A stretch of 64,000 nt of DNA from Acidipila sp. (GTDB lineage: Bacteria > Acidobacteriota > Terriglobia > Acidiferrales > UBA7541), in assembly GCA_010365215.1 (NCBI GenBank), contig JAAFGT010000023.1:30613-94612 (forward strand). The letters are read 5' to 3'. Positions 56,947 to 64,000 of the stretch are shown piece after piece (within the stretch, counting starts at the first letter, position 1; every line of letters begins with the position of its first letter). Under the pieces are notes generated by a model. That model did no database searches and was not told where the DNA came from. It worked only from the letters and a program-made list of their open reading frames with translations. The position numbers and the translations under genes were made by a program.

Positions 56947-57722
56947 AAACTCATTCCGCCATCCACGTTGATGGACTGCCCGGTAATAGCGGACGCTTCC
57001 TGCGAGCAGAGAAACACCGCGGCGGCGGCAATTTCGTCCGCGGTCTGCGCGCGCCCTTGCAAAATTCCTTGCAAAAATTGACGGAACATTTCGCTGGGAT
57101 CCACGCCGGCGCGTTCCGCTAGAGCCTCCCCCAACTCTTTGGACATGCGCGTTTCCGCTACTGGGCCGGGGCATAGGGCATTCACGCGTACACCTTTTCG
57201 CGCCGTTTCCGCGGCCAGGCTGCGCGTAAGACCTAGCAGCCCGGCTTTCGAACTGGCGTAGGGAACGTTCAATCCGAACGCAGCCTTGGCGGCGACACTG
57301 GAAATATTCAGGATTGCTCCGGAGCTCCGCGCGCACATCTCGGGAAGCACCAGCTGCGAAAGATAAAAAGCGCTGCTGAGATTTACCGCCAGCACTTCAT
57401 TCCATTCCTGGGTAGTGATTTCCTGTGCAGGCCGCACGGGTCCAAACATCCCGGCATTGTTCACCAGGATGTCCACCCGCCCGAACAATCTCGTAGCAGC
57501 CGCGACGATGCGCTGACATTCGTCGTGGCGCGCGACGTCTGCCGCCAGGCATTCCGCGCGGCCACCAGCCAGCTGAATTTCTTGAGCCACAGATGCAATT
57601 TCTGTGGCAGTTCGCGCCGTCAGCAGCACCGCGGCTCCTTCAGCAGCAAAGCGCCGGGCGATAGCGCGGCCTATACCCCGGCCGGCCCCGGTAATGAGGG
57701 CAATCTGGTCTTTAAGTGCCAT
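56940..57722 (-). CDS. SDR-family oxidoreductase (FabG-like)
   Basis: Has TGAGRGIGRAIA (TGxxxGxG), NNAG and YASSKAG (YxxxK). Confidence 0.85.
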   Translation of the reverse strand: MALKDQIALITGAGRGIGRAIARRFAAEGAAVLLTARTATEIASVAQEIQLAGGRAECLAADVARHDECQRIVAAATRLFGRVDILVNNAGMFGPVRPAQEITTQEWNEVLAVNLSSAFYLSQLVLPEMCARSSGAILNISSVAAKAAFGLNVPYASSKAGLLGLTRSLAAETARKGVRVNALCPGPVAETRMSKELGEALAERAGVDPSEMFRQFLQGILQGRAQTADEIAAAAVFLCSQEASAITGQSINVDGGMSFY

Positions 57723-57861
57723 ACGTCTCCCGAAACCGAGCTATTCCAGCAACATAATCATGAAGAATAGCACCATTTTTCAGACCCCTACGGGCAAGTC
57801 CAGTGCTGGGCAGAAACCGCGTAGCGGCGAACGCAGCAAATAGGCTAAGATATAGAAGACT

Positions 57862-58857
57862 ATGGATACTCCCTTGAATACGGGAACACACTCAGGGACC
57901 GCTCAGCGGCGGTTGGTTCGGGTGCGCCCGCGTGGATTCTGTGCCGGAGTGGTACGCGCAGTGGAGATCGTGGAAATGGCCCTGGAGGCCTACGGCCCGC
58001 CGGTCTATGTTCACCATGAGATCGTGCACAACCGCTACGTAGTGGATCAGCTGCGTCTGCGCGGGGCGATTTTTGTGGAGCTGGTGGAGGAAGTGCCGGA
58101 AGGCGCGGTGCTGATTTTCAGCGCGCACGGTGTGCCTCCCACGGTTCGCGAACAGGCCGCCGCCCTCAAGCTGCGCGTGGTGGACGCCACCTGCCCGCTG
58201 GTCACCAAGGTGCATCTGGAAGCACTAAAATTTGCGCGTGAAGGCCGCACCATCATTCTGATCGGCCACCGCGATCACCAGGAAATCGTGGGCACCTCAG
58301 GCGAAGCGCCGGACCGCACCGTGGTGGTGGGCAACGTGGAGGAAGTGGACCAGCTGGAAGTCGAAGATCCCGCCCGGCTCGCCTTTCTCACGCAGACAAC
58401 GCTCAGCCTTTATGATACGCAGGAAATTGTGGCGCGCTTGCGGCAGCGCTTCCCGTTAATTGCCGGCCCCGCCAGTGACGACATCTGTTACGCCACGCAG
58501 AACCGCCAGGAAGCCGTGGAACAGATGGGCAAAGGAGTCGAGCTGATTCTAGTAGTCGGCTCGGCGAACAGCTCGAACTCGAATCGCCTGGTGGAAGTGG
58601 CCAAGCGCGATGGCATTCCCGCGAGGCTGATTGAAGATGCCAGCGACATCGACCCGGAGTGGTTCCACGGCGTGGAGAGTGTCGGCCTCACCGCGGGTGC
58701 TTCCGCGCCCGAAGTGCTGGTGGAACAGGTGAGCGAGCGTCTCGCAGCCTTGGGTTACGGCGATCAGAGCGACCTCGAATTTATCCGTGAAGATGTGCGA
58801 TTTACGCTGCCGCCGGAGCTTGTGGCCATCGCCCCGAGCGGCGGCCGTGGCCGCTGA
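57862..58857 (+). CDS. ispH: 4-hydroxy-3-methylbut-2-enyl diphosphate reductase
   Basis: Has PRGFCAGVVRAV, HEIVHN, DATCPLVTKVH and ICYATQNRQ (three cluster cysteines). Confidence 0.9.
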   Translation: MDTPLNTGTHSGTAQRRLVRVRPRGFCAGVVRAVEIVEMALEAYGPPVYVHHEIVHNRYVVDQLRLRGAIFVELVEEVPEGAVLIFSAHGVPPTVREQAAALKLRVVDATCPLVTKVHLEALKFAREGRTIILIGHRDHQEIVGTSGEAPDRTVVVGNVEEVDQLEVEDPARLAFLTQTTLSLYDTQEIVARLRQRFPLIAGPASDDICYATQNRQEAVEQMGKGVELILVVGSANSSNSNRLVEVAKRDGIPARLIEDASDIDPEWFHGVESVGLTAGASAPEVLVEQVSERLAALGYGDQSDLEFIREDVRFTLPPELVAIAPSGGRGR

Positions 58858-58881
58858 TGTCTCTGGCGGTGAAGGAAGATT

Positions 58882-59991
58882 GTGTCCGTTAAGATAGCTC
58901 GCGATCCCAGGAAAATTGCGCTGATCGGCGCGCCTACCAGCGCCGGCTCACACGGGCCAGGGGCCGAACTCGCTCCAGCAGCGCTGCGCGCCGCAGGATT
59001 GGTAGCACGCCTCGAAGCGGTGGGATTCCAAGTTAACGATCTGGGCGACGGCCCGGTGCAAGTCCATACCGCGGATGACGAGCACCCGCGCGCCAGGAAC
59101 GCTGCCGCCGTAGTGGAAGGCATGTCCGCGCTGCGCCAGCGCGTCGAGCAGGCGGTTAAATCCGGAGCGCTGTCTATCATTCTTGGCGGGGACTGCTCCA
59201 TCACTCCCGGAACCATCGCCGGCGCGCGTCGCTACTACCGCGAGGTTGGCCTGCTGTGGCTCGATCGCGACGCGGATCTCAACACTCCCGCTTCCACGCC
59301 TTCCGGTTGCCTGCACGGAATGACCGTGGCGCACATCACCGGACGCGGCGCTCCAGAAATTGTAAGGTTTTATACCGACGCGCCCCTGGTCAGGGATCCG
59401 GGCGTGGCTCTCTACGGATTGGAGCGTCTCGATCCGCCGGAGGAAGCTCTGCTCCGCACCACGCCGATCCGTTCTTATCTGGCCGCAGATATTTTGCAGC
59501 GCGGAGTCGCGGCAACTTCGCGTGCCGCGCTTGACCGTATCCACGCCGGCTCCGCTCCGTTCGTTCTCCATTTCGATGTGGACGTTACCTCCAGTGAAGA
59601 TTTTTCCGCTTGCGCGTTTCCTGGCGCCGGTGGGCTGCGCCTCGACGACGTTCGCCAGGCGCTCGAACTGTTTTTGCTCGAACCACATCTCCTGGCGATT
59701 GAAATTGCGGAATACCTGCCGGAACGCGACCCTGACGGCGCGGCGGCGAAGCTTCTGGTGGACTTGATCGTCACGGCGCTTTCCCGGCGCCTCGCCGCGC
59801 TCACCGCGCCCAAGGCGGACGCGCAGTCTAAGGAAGTACCCGTGGCGCAGTCAGAATCCGCGCCATCCTCCGAGTCACCCGGTTCATCGGAACCTGCCGA
59901 TTCCGCTGAAGCTGCGAGTGATCATGAATCGGCTCCAGATTCCGACACTGCCGATGCCACAGCGCGAGAGTCTTCAAGTTCCTCTTCCTGA
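58882..59991 (+). CDS. Ureohydrolase (arginase/agmatinase)-fold protein with an altered metal site and an acidic disordered tail
   Basis: GTG start 24 nt after ispH. The family scaffold is present, but GGDCSITPG replaces GGDHS and WLDRDADLNTP replaces DAHxD, while HFDVDV is retained. The last 65 aa or so are rich in Ser, Glu, Ala and Asp. Confidence 0.75.
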   Translation: MSVKIARDPRKIALIGAPTSAGSHGPGAELAPAALRAAGLVARLEAVGFQVNDLGDGPVQVHTADDEHPRARNAAAVVEGMSALRQRVEQAVKSGALSIILGGDCSITPGTIAGARRYYREVGLLWLDRDADLNTPASTPSGCLHGMTVAHITGRGAPEIVRFYTDAPLVRDPGVALYGLERLDPPEEALLRTTPIRSYLAADILQRGVAATSRAALDRIHAGSAPFVLHFDVDVTSSEDFSACAFPGAGGLRLDDVRQALELFLLEPHLLAIEIAEYLPERDPDGAAAKLLVDLIVTALSRRLAALTAPKADAQSKEVPVAQSESAPSSESPGSSEPADSAEAASDHESAPDSDTADATARESSSSSS

Positions 59992-60237
59992 ACGTCTAGA
60001 AAAAATCCCGTTAAAATTCAAATACCAGATTCCTAGAAGATTTTGTTCAAATTTCTGCGAGCACGCTTTTACCCGTGACAGCACAGGCCCGCGTGGAAAA
60101 TGTTTGCGCGCGTTGGCTTTTCCTCTACACTGGCCGCTGGAATCCATTGCGAGAGTCTTGGACCCGTCCGGCAAGGCGATCGCGCAACCATTGACCCAGG
60201 TAACGCAGGGAACCCAAGCAACCCAGGAGTTACCGGC

Positions 60238-60903
60238 ATGCCTCGCATTCTTGTCGTGGAGCACGACGCTGCCGCGCGCGGCGTTATCCGGCAGAGGCTC
60301 GAGGACGATTTTGAGATTCTCGAGAGCAGTGACGTAAGTTATGCCCTCGCGCTGGCGCTGCATGACAAGCCCGACGCCATTCTTCTGGACCTGAATCTGC
60401 CGAACTGGGCAGGCTACGAGCTCTGCCAGGCATTCGCTTCGCTCACACTCACCCGCTTGATCCCGATTTTTGTGATGACTGAGGGTCCGGTGGAAACCGT
60501 GCAAGTCTTCTGCCAGAGCCTTTCCGCGGTGGACTGCTTCCAAAAACCGGTGGATGTAAGCGCGCTTAAGTGGCGCCTCATCTCCGCGCTCGCGGCCGCG
60601 CGCCCGGAGCGGCGCGAAGAGGTGCGCCTGTGGCTGCGCGTAGTTCTGCGGCTGCGCGGCACGGACACGGCGGGAACCCATTTCGATCTGCTCACCACCA
60701 CCGAAGACGTCAGTGCCAGCGGATTTCTCTGCCGCTGCACCGCGTCCATACCCAAAGGCGGGATCGTCGAAGTCACGCTGGTGAATGGGGGGGAACATCC
60801 GGTGGGCCAGGCCCGCGCCGCACGGGGTGAATGGCAAAACCGCCCGTTGCCGCATTATGGTTTCCGCTTCACGCATAAGCCGCTTCTCTGGGTGCTTCAA
60901 TAG
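60238..60903 (+). CDS. Response-regulator receiver fused to a PilZ domain
   Basis: Start trimmed to MPRILVVEHD. REC elements are LLDLNLP, FVMT and FQKP. PilZ motifs are RRxxxR (RREEVR) and DxSxxG (EDVSASGF). Confidence 0.8.
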   Translation: MPRILVVEHDAAARGVIRQRLEDDFEILESSDVSYALALALHDKPDAILLDLNLPNWAGYELCQAFASLTLTRLIPIFVMTEGPVETVQVFCQSLSAVDCFQKPVDVSALKWRLISALAAARPERREEVRLWLRVVLRLRGTDTAGTHFDLLTTTEDVSASGFLCRCTASIPKGGIVEVTLVNGGEHPVGQARAARGEWQNRPLPHYGFRFTHKPLLWVLQ

Positions 60904-60955
60904 CCCGCGGGCGCGCCTCACTTCCATCTCTAGGTGCCGCGCTCCGATATGGTTG

Positions 60956-60987
60956 GCCGTCATTCCGAGCGCAGCGAGGAATCCCTC
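60956..60987 (+). repeat. Dispersed 32-bp repeat, copy C (intergenic)
   Basis: GCCGTCATTCCGAGCGCAGCGAGGAATCCCTC lies 53 nt after the REC-PilZ stop. Confidence 0.7.
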
Positions 60988-61249
60988 TTGCTCCCATAAG
61001 ACCCCGCCAACCTCTTGCGGGCGTCGTTAGGTTCCTCTTCAGTTCGCGTCCGGGTTGCGTAGGTTGGGTATACATAGCTACTCCCTGCGCGAAAGAGACC
61101 AAAATTGCCAGCAAGCGTCTAATCAGAGATTAGGAGCCATGCAAAGACTCGGGTAGCACGCAGGGTGCCCACTTCGCATAGCGCCGAAGAACCCTGTGTA
61201 CTGCATCTTTTCGGGAGACTGCCTTGGCTGAAAGAGAGAGTGGGAGCGA

Positions 61250-62383
61250 ATGATGTTGAGTAAATTGATGCCGGTTGTCGCGATTACAGCACTTTCCCTG
61301 GTTGTTTCGCTATTTCTGATGACGCCTCTGGCGTGGTCATCTGATACAACCCCACTTCAACTTGACCTGCCGCAACCCGCTGGCTGCCACTCCATAGGCA
61401 CTAGAACATTCGTGCTGAGAGATCCGCGCCGCACCCGGGACTTGCTTGTCACTCTGTGGTATCCGGCGGAAGAAGGGAAGTCCACAGTAGCACCATACAT
61501 GGATAAGAAGACTGCAGACGCAGTGGCAAAAGATTGGAAACTGACACCTGATTTCGAACGCCATGTACGAACACACGCCAGACTCCAAGCACACATCGCC
61601 GCAGCCGGTCCGTTTCCCATTGTTTTCCTGGAACACGGTTCGGGCGTAGTTCCGGCTAGTTACACGGTTCTCGCTGAGGCTCTCTCTAGTACCGGCTTCA
61701 TTGTCGTTGCCATTAACCATATCCCGGATTCGCTGATAGCGGTGTTCCCAGACGGGCACGAAGTCAGATTCACTCCGTATTGGCCCGTTGACGCTGATCG
61801 AAGGACGCAAGGCGTTGCAATTGGTAAGTTCGCGGAGGATGTTCTGGTGGCAGACGTCCGATTCGTGCTCGATCGTCTCGAAAAAATGGCGCAACAGGAT
61901 GTCTTCTGGCGTGGTGACTTGGATTTATCCCGGGTTGGCATCGTGGGTCACTCTATGGGAGGAACCACAGCAGCATTGGCCACCAAGGAAGACCCGCGCA
62001 TTCTTGCAGGCGTCAACCTGGACGGGTCCACGTTTCCGGGTATGAACGGCGACGTTCGTCCCATTGAATTGCACAAGCCCTTCCTTTTCATCATGACTGA
62101 GGAGCACGCGGCAAATGAAACGCGCGGTCGTGAATACGCGGGGAAGGAATCGAATACCTATTACGTGGTCATTCCGGGGACAGATCACATGAGCTTTACG
62201 GACGCGCATTTGATGTCCAGCCGGTTTGCACGCGAGCCTGCCATTGATAACAGCCTTGAATTCGGTCGCGCCTTGCTGGCTACCGGAGTGGCCACTTCGC
62301 TGGTCACGGAGTTCTTTTGCAAGTATCTACAAAATGGCAGTGCGCCACACCTTGATTTACCGGCAGTTGTAGAAAGGAAATAG
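61250..62383 (+). CDS. Secreted alpha/beta hydrolase (PAF-acetylhydrolase / lipase-like)
   Basis: Signal peptide present. Has LVTLWYP, the nucleophile elbow GHSMGG and a later GTDHMSF. Codon third positions are visibly less GC-rich than in neighbouring genes. Confidence 0.7.
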   Translation: MMLSKLMPVVAITALSLVVSLFLMTPLAWSSDTTPLQLDLPQPAGCHSIGTRTFVLRDPRRTRDLLVTLWYPAEEGKSTVAPYMDKKTADAVAKDWKLTPDFERHVRTHARLQAHIAAAGPFPIVFLEHGSGVVPASYTVLAEALSSTGFIVVAINHIPDSLIAVFPDGHEVRFTPYWPVDADRRTQGVAIGKFAEDVLVADVRFVLDRLEKMAQQDVFWRGDLDLSRVGIVGHSMGGTTAALATKEDPRILAGVNLDGSTFPGMNGDVRPIELHKPFLFIMTEEHAANETRGREYAGKESNTYYVVIPGTDHMSFTDAHLMSSRFAREPAIDNSLEFGRALLATGVATSLVTEFFCKYLQNGSAPHLDLPAVVERK

Positions 62384-62475
62384 GAGTGTGGCTATGTCTA
62401 TCCGCCCCTGAGAATTCGCACTCACCTGGGATGCGGCGGAATGGCGAACGCGGGGATTCAGGATGCCGTGCGGAC

Positions 62476-63654
62476 TTAAGGCTCCAGCAGATGCTGGCGA
62501 ATCGTGGCCAGTTCGGAATCGGAGATTTTCAAGCCGTCGCGCAGGTAGTTGTCGAAGGAACCGTAGGTCTTGTTAATCAGTTCGAACGTGGCTTCCAGCA
62601 TCTCGGGCCTGGTGGTCATCACTGCTTTCACCGTGGCGGCGTCGGGCGGCTCTGCAAGACCGAAGATCCTCTGCAAATCCAGAGTGGTCTTGCCGATCGC
62701 GTCGGGCGCGAGCATATAGCGGGTAGTCAGAAGATAATCCTGGAGGACCACTTCCCGGGGAATACCCAGCGCGGTGAGAAGAATTGCGCTGAATACGCCG
62801 GTGCGGTCTTTTCCGGAGGTGCAGTGCTCGACCGCGGGGAGGTCGCCGGCGGCGATGCGTTTCAGGATTTTTCCGTACTGCGGGGCCTCCCTGATCGCGT
62901 AATCGTAGCCGTGAATGGACTCTTTGGTTTGAGCGTCGATCGCGGCGACCCGTTTTTTAAGGTCCTCGGCAGTCATCGTCCCGTCGCGATGCGGCCCGAT
63001 GGGGACGGAGAATAATTCCGGCGGTGTGGCACTGGCACTTGAAGTTGTTGTCCCCGGCGAATCGCCGGCCCAACGATCCGGCGCACGCGTGCGTTCGCCC
63101 TCCGCGCGGAAGTCACAAACCAGGCGGATGCCCAGGTGATTGAGATACTCGGAATCCTTGGCCGTCAGATGGGCGAGAGCATCCGATCTGTACACCATAC
63201 CCCAGCGCACGTAACGCCCATCCGACGCGCGATAACCGCCCAAGTCTCGAAAATTGCTCGCGCCTTCCAGCGGAAGCCTGCGCACGGAGACCACGCGCGT
63301 GGCTCCCGAAGCCGGCTTCAAATGAAAGTAGACTCGCCCAGGTATCCCGATCACTGAAACTTCCGCAGGCACTTTGCGAATTGTAGCGATAGGCTTGCCA
63401 GAATCGATGCGGTCCGGCCGTGAGCTGGCAAATACTTCAACAGGACCAGTATCAGCAGAAGCCTGGTAATCGATCCTGTAGGTATTGGTTCCTACCTGCT
63501 CACATAGGGGATTCACGATGCCTGTCACGCCTGCCAAACTGGGGACGAGTAGAGCGACGCTGAGTATGGTGGCGAGCAGACACTTCGCGACGAAGGGACC
63601 CAGCCACAACTTCGCGGGTGGATTTCCTAATCGGTTCCGCGAGCGCCGGCTCAC
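62476..63654 (-). CDS. Secreted or membrane-anchored protein-tyrosine/dual-specificity-type phosphatase (Y_phosphatase3-like)
   Basis: The CX5R active site is HCTSGKDRTG. It has an N-terminal TM/signal segment and an N-terminal beta-rich domain of about 110 aa. The GTG start overlaps the upstream stop (GTGA). Confidence 0.75.
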   Translation of the reverse strand: MSRRSRNRLGNPPAKLWLGPFVAKCLLATILSVALLVPSLAGVTGIVNPLCEQVGTNTYRIDYQASADTGPVEVFASSRPDRIDSGKPIATIRKVPAEVSVIGIPGRVYFHLKPASGATRVVSVRRLPLEGASNFRDLGGYRASDGRYVRWGMVYRSDALAHLTAKDSEYLNHLGIRLVCDFRAEGERTRAPDRWAGDSPGTTTSSASATPPELFSVPIGPHRDGTMTAEDLKKRVAAIDAQTKESIHGYDYAIREAPQYGKILKRIAAGDLPAVEHCTSGKDRTGVFSAILLTALGIPREVVLQDYLLTTRYMLAPDAIGKTTLDLQRIFGLAEPPDAATVKAVMTTRPEMLEATFELINKTYGSFDNYLRDGLKISDSELATIRQHLLEP

Positions 63655-64000
63655 TTTGCGTTCGAGGAAGTCCAGCGCAGGCCGAGCGAGACGGTGCGGC
63701 TGTAATATTCGCGCTGGATCGGATATTGTTCGCTGCCGAAATAAAATCCGAAGACTTCATTGTTCAGATTGAGCAAGGAAACCACTGCTTGAACCCCATG
63801 GCCCCTGGGGATGCGGTAGCTGGCCTGAGCGTCGAGTTGCGTGTGCGGGTAGAGGTACTGGTCGCCCAGCGGACCTCTTCTGCCAAGCGGTGAGCTGTCC
63901 AGAAATTGATACGCCCAAATATTGGCATCGTTATGCGTCAAGCCCATGCGCGCCGATATGGGGCCCTTGTCGTAAGTAAAATCAAAATTCCAATTGTTCG
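63651..64000 (-). CDS. Outer-membrane beta-barrel protein (TonB-dependent-receptor-like), C-terminal fragment; 5' end lies outside the window
   Basis: The frame stays open to base 64000. The alternating-hydrophobic beta-strand tail ...VSLLNLNNEVFGFYFG...YYSRTVSLGLRW is typical of TBDR C-termini. Confidence 0.5.
   Translation of the reverse strand, partial: NNWNFDFTYDKGPISARMGLTHNDANIWAYQFLDSSPLGRRGPLGDQYLYPHTQLDAQASYRIPRGHGVQAVVSLLNLNNEVFGFYFGSEQYPIQREYYSRTVSLGLRWTSSNAK

Noticed and set aside
57740-57780. Inverted repeat GCTATTC-N18-GAATAGC followed by T5 in the divergent SDR/ispH gap, considered as a terminator
   Set aside because: No plus-strand gene ends upstream of it and the loop is long. 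It may be an operator, but the evidence is too thin to call.
60190-60237. Three ACCCA(G/A)G repeats and a GGTAAC/GTTACC dyad just upstream of the REC-PilZ start
   Set aside because: The motifs are very short (6-7 bp) and plausibly occur by chance. I saw no matching motif elsewhere in the window.
1-64000. Search for CRISPR arrays, transposases, integrases, prophage, toxin-antitoxin or known defence genes
   Set aside because: I found no regularly spaced 25-40-bp repeats and no ORF with recognisable transposase, recombinase, nuclease-helicase or TA signatures. The only repeats are the short ones reported above.

Overview
This is a gene-dense, high-GC window (about 60% by eye) with about 58 protein-coding genes. 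I saw no rRNA, tRNA, CRISPR array, transposase, integrase or phage genes. Protein signatures and a dispersed 32-bp repeat suggest a soil Acidobacteriota-like chromosome, but that is a guess. All calls come from reading the supplied ORF translations and the DNA, using motifs recalled from memory. No database search was run. Starts were trimmed where the track ORF ran into an upstream gene or a junk N-terminus.

Content in order:
- 1-3.4 kb: LPS-core heptose and glycosyltransferase genes.
- 4-10.6 kb: housekeeping genes (M20 peptidase, ddl, arginase, asnS, ggt).
- 10.7-17.1 kb: a long minus-strand run holding a split MetE (N-half and C-half as separate genes) coupled to a MqnA/MqnD-family gene, then bioY, secreted hypotheticals and a receiver protein.
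- 18.1-19.4 kb: a frameshifted M20 peptidase.
- 20.3-23.3 kb: a CysM / JAMM protease / CysO / MoeZ thiocarboxylate cysteine-synthesis cluster.
- 23.4-35.7 kb: CDGSH protein, M13 peptidase, PilZ, Ser/Thr kinase, mntH, cytochrome c, peroxiredoxin, GTP-PEPCK and patatin.
- FadN (35.9 kb) is separated from FadA-FadE (53.2 kb) by a 15-kb same-strand block. That block holds three translationally coupled secreted amidohydrolase paralogs (only the middle one keeps the HxH metal site), a five-gene amidoligase cassette, and an RND pump without an outer-membrane factor.
- 56.6-64 kb: SDR, ispH, a divergent ureohydrolase paralog, REC-PilZ, a low-GC hydrolase gene, a secreted Cys-phosphatase and a partial outer-membrane barrel gene.

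Best candidates for something undescribed:
- The amidoligase cassette at 43.3-48.7 kb (esterase, RimK-like ATP-grasp, GCS2 ligase, M29 aminopeptidase, GspS-like ligase).
- One of its genes carries an in-frame copy of the dispersed repeat.
- The enzyme/pseudoenzyme amidohydrolase triad at 38.6-43.2 kb.
- The split-MetE/PF02621 unit.
- The ureohydrolase paralog in which both Mn-ligand histidines are replaced.
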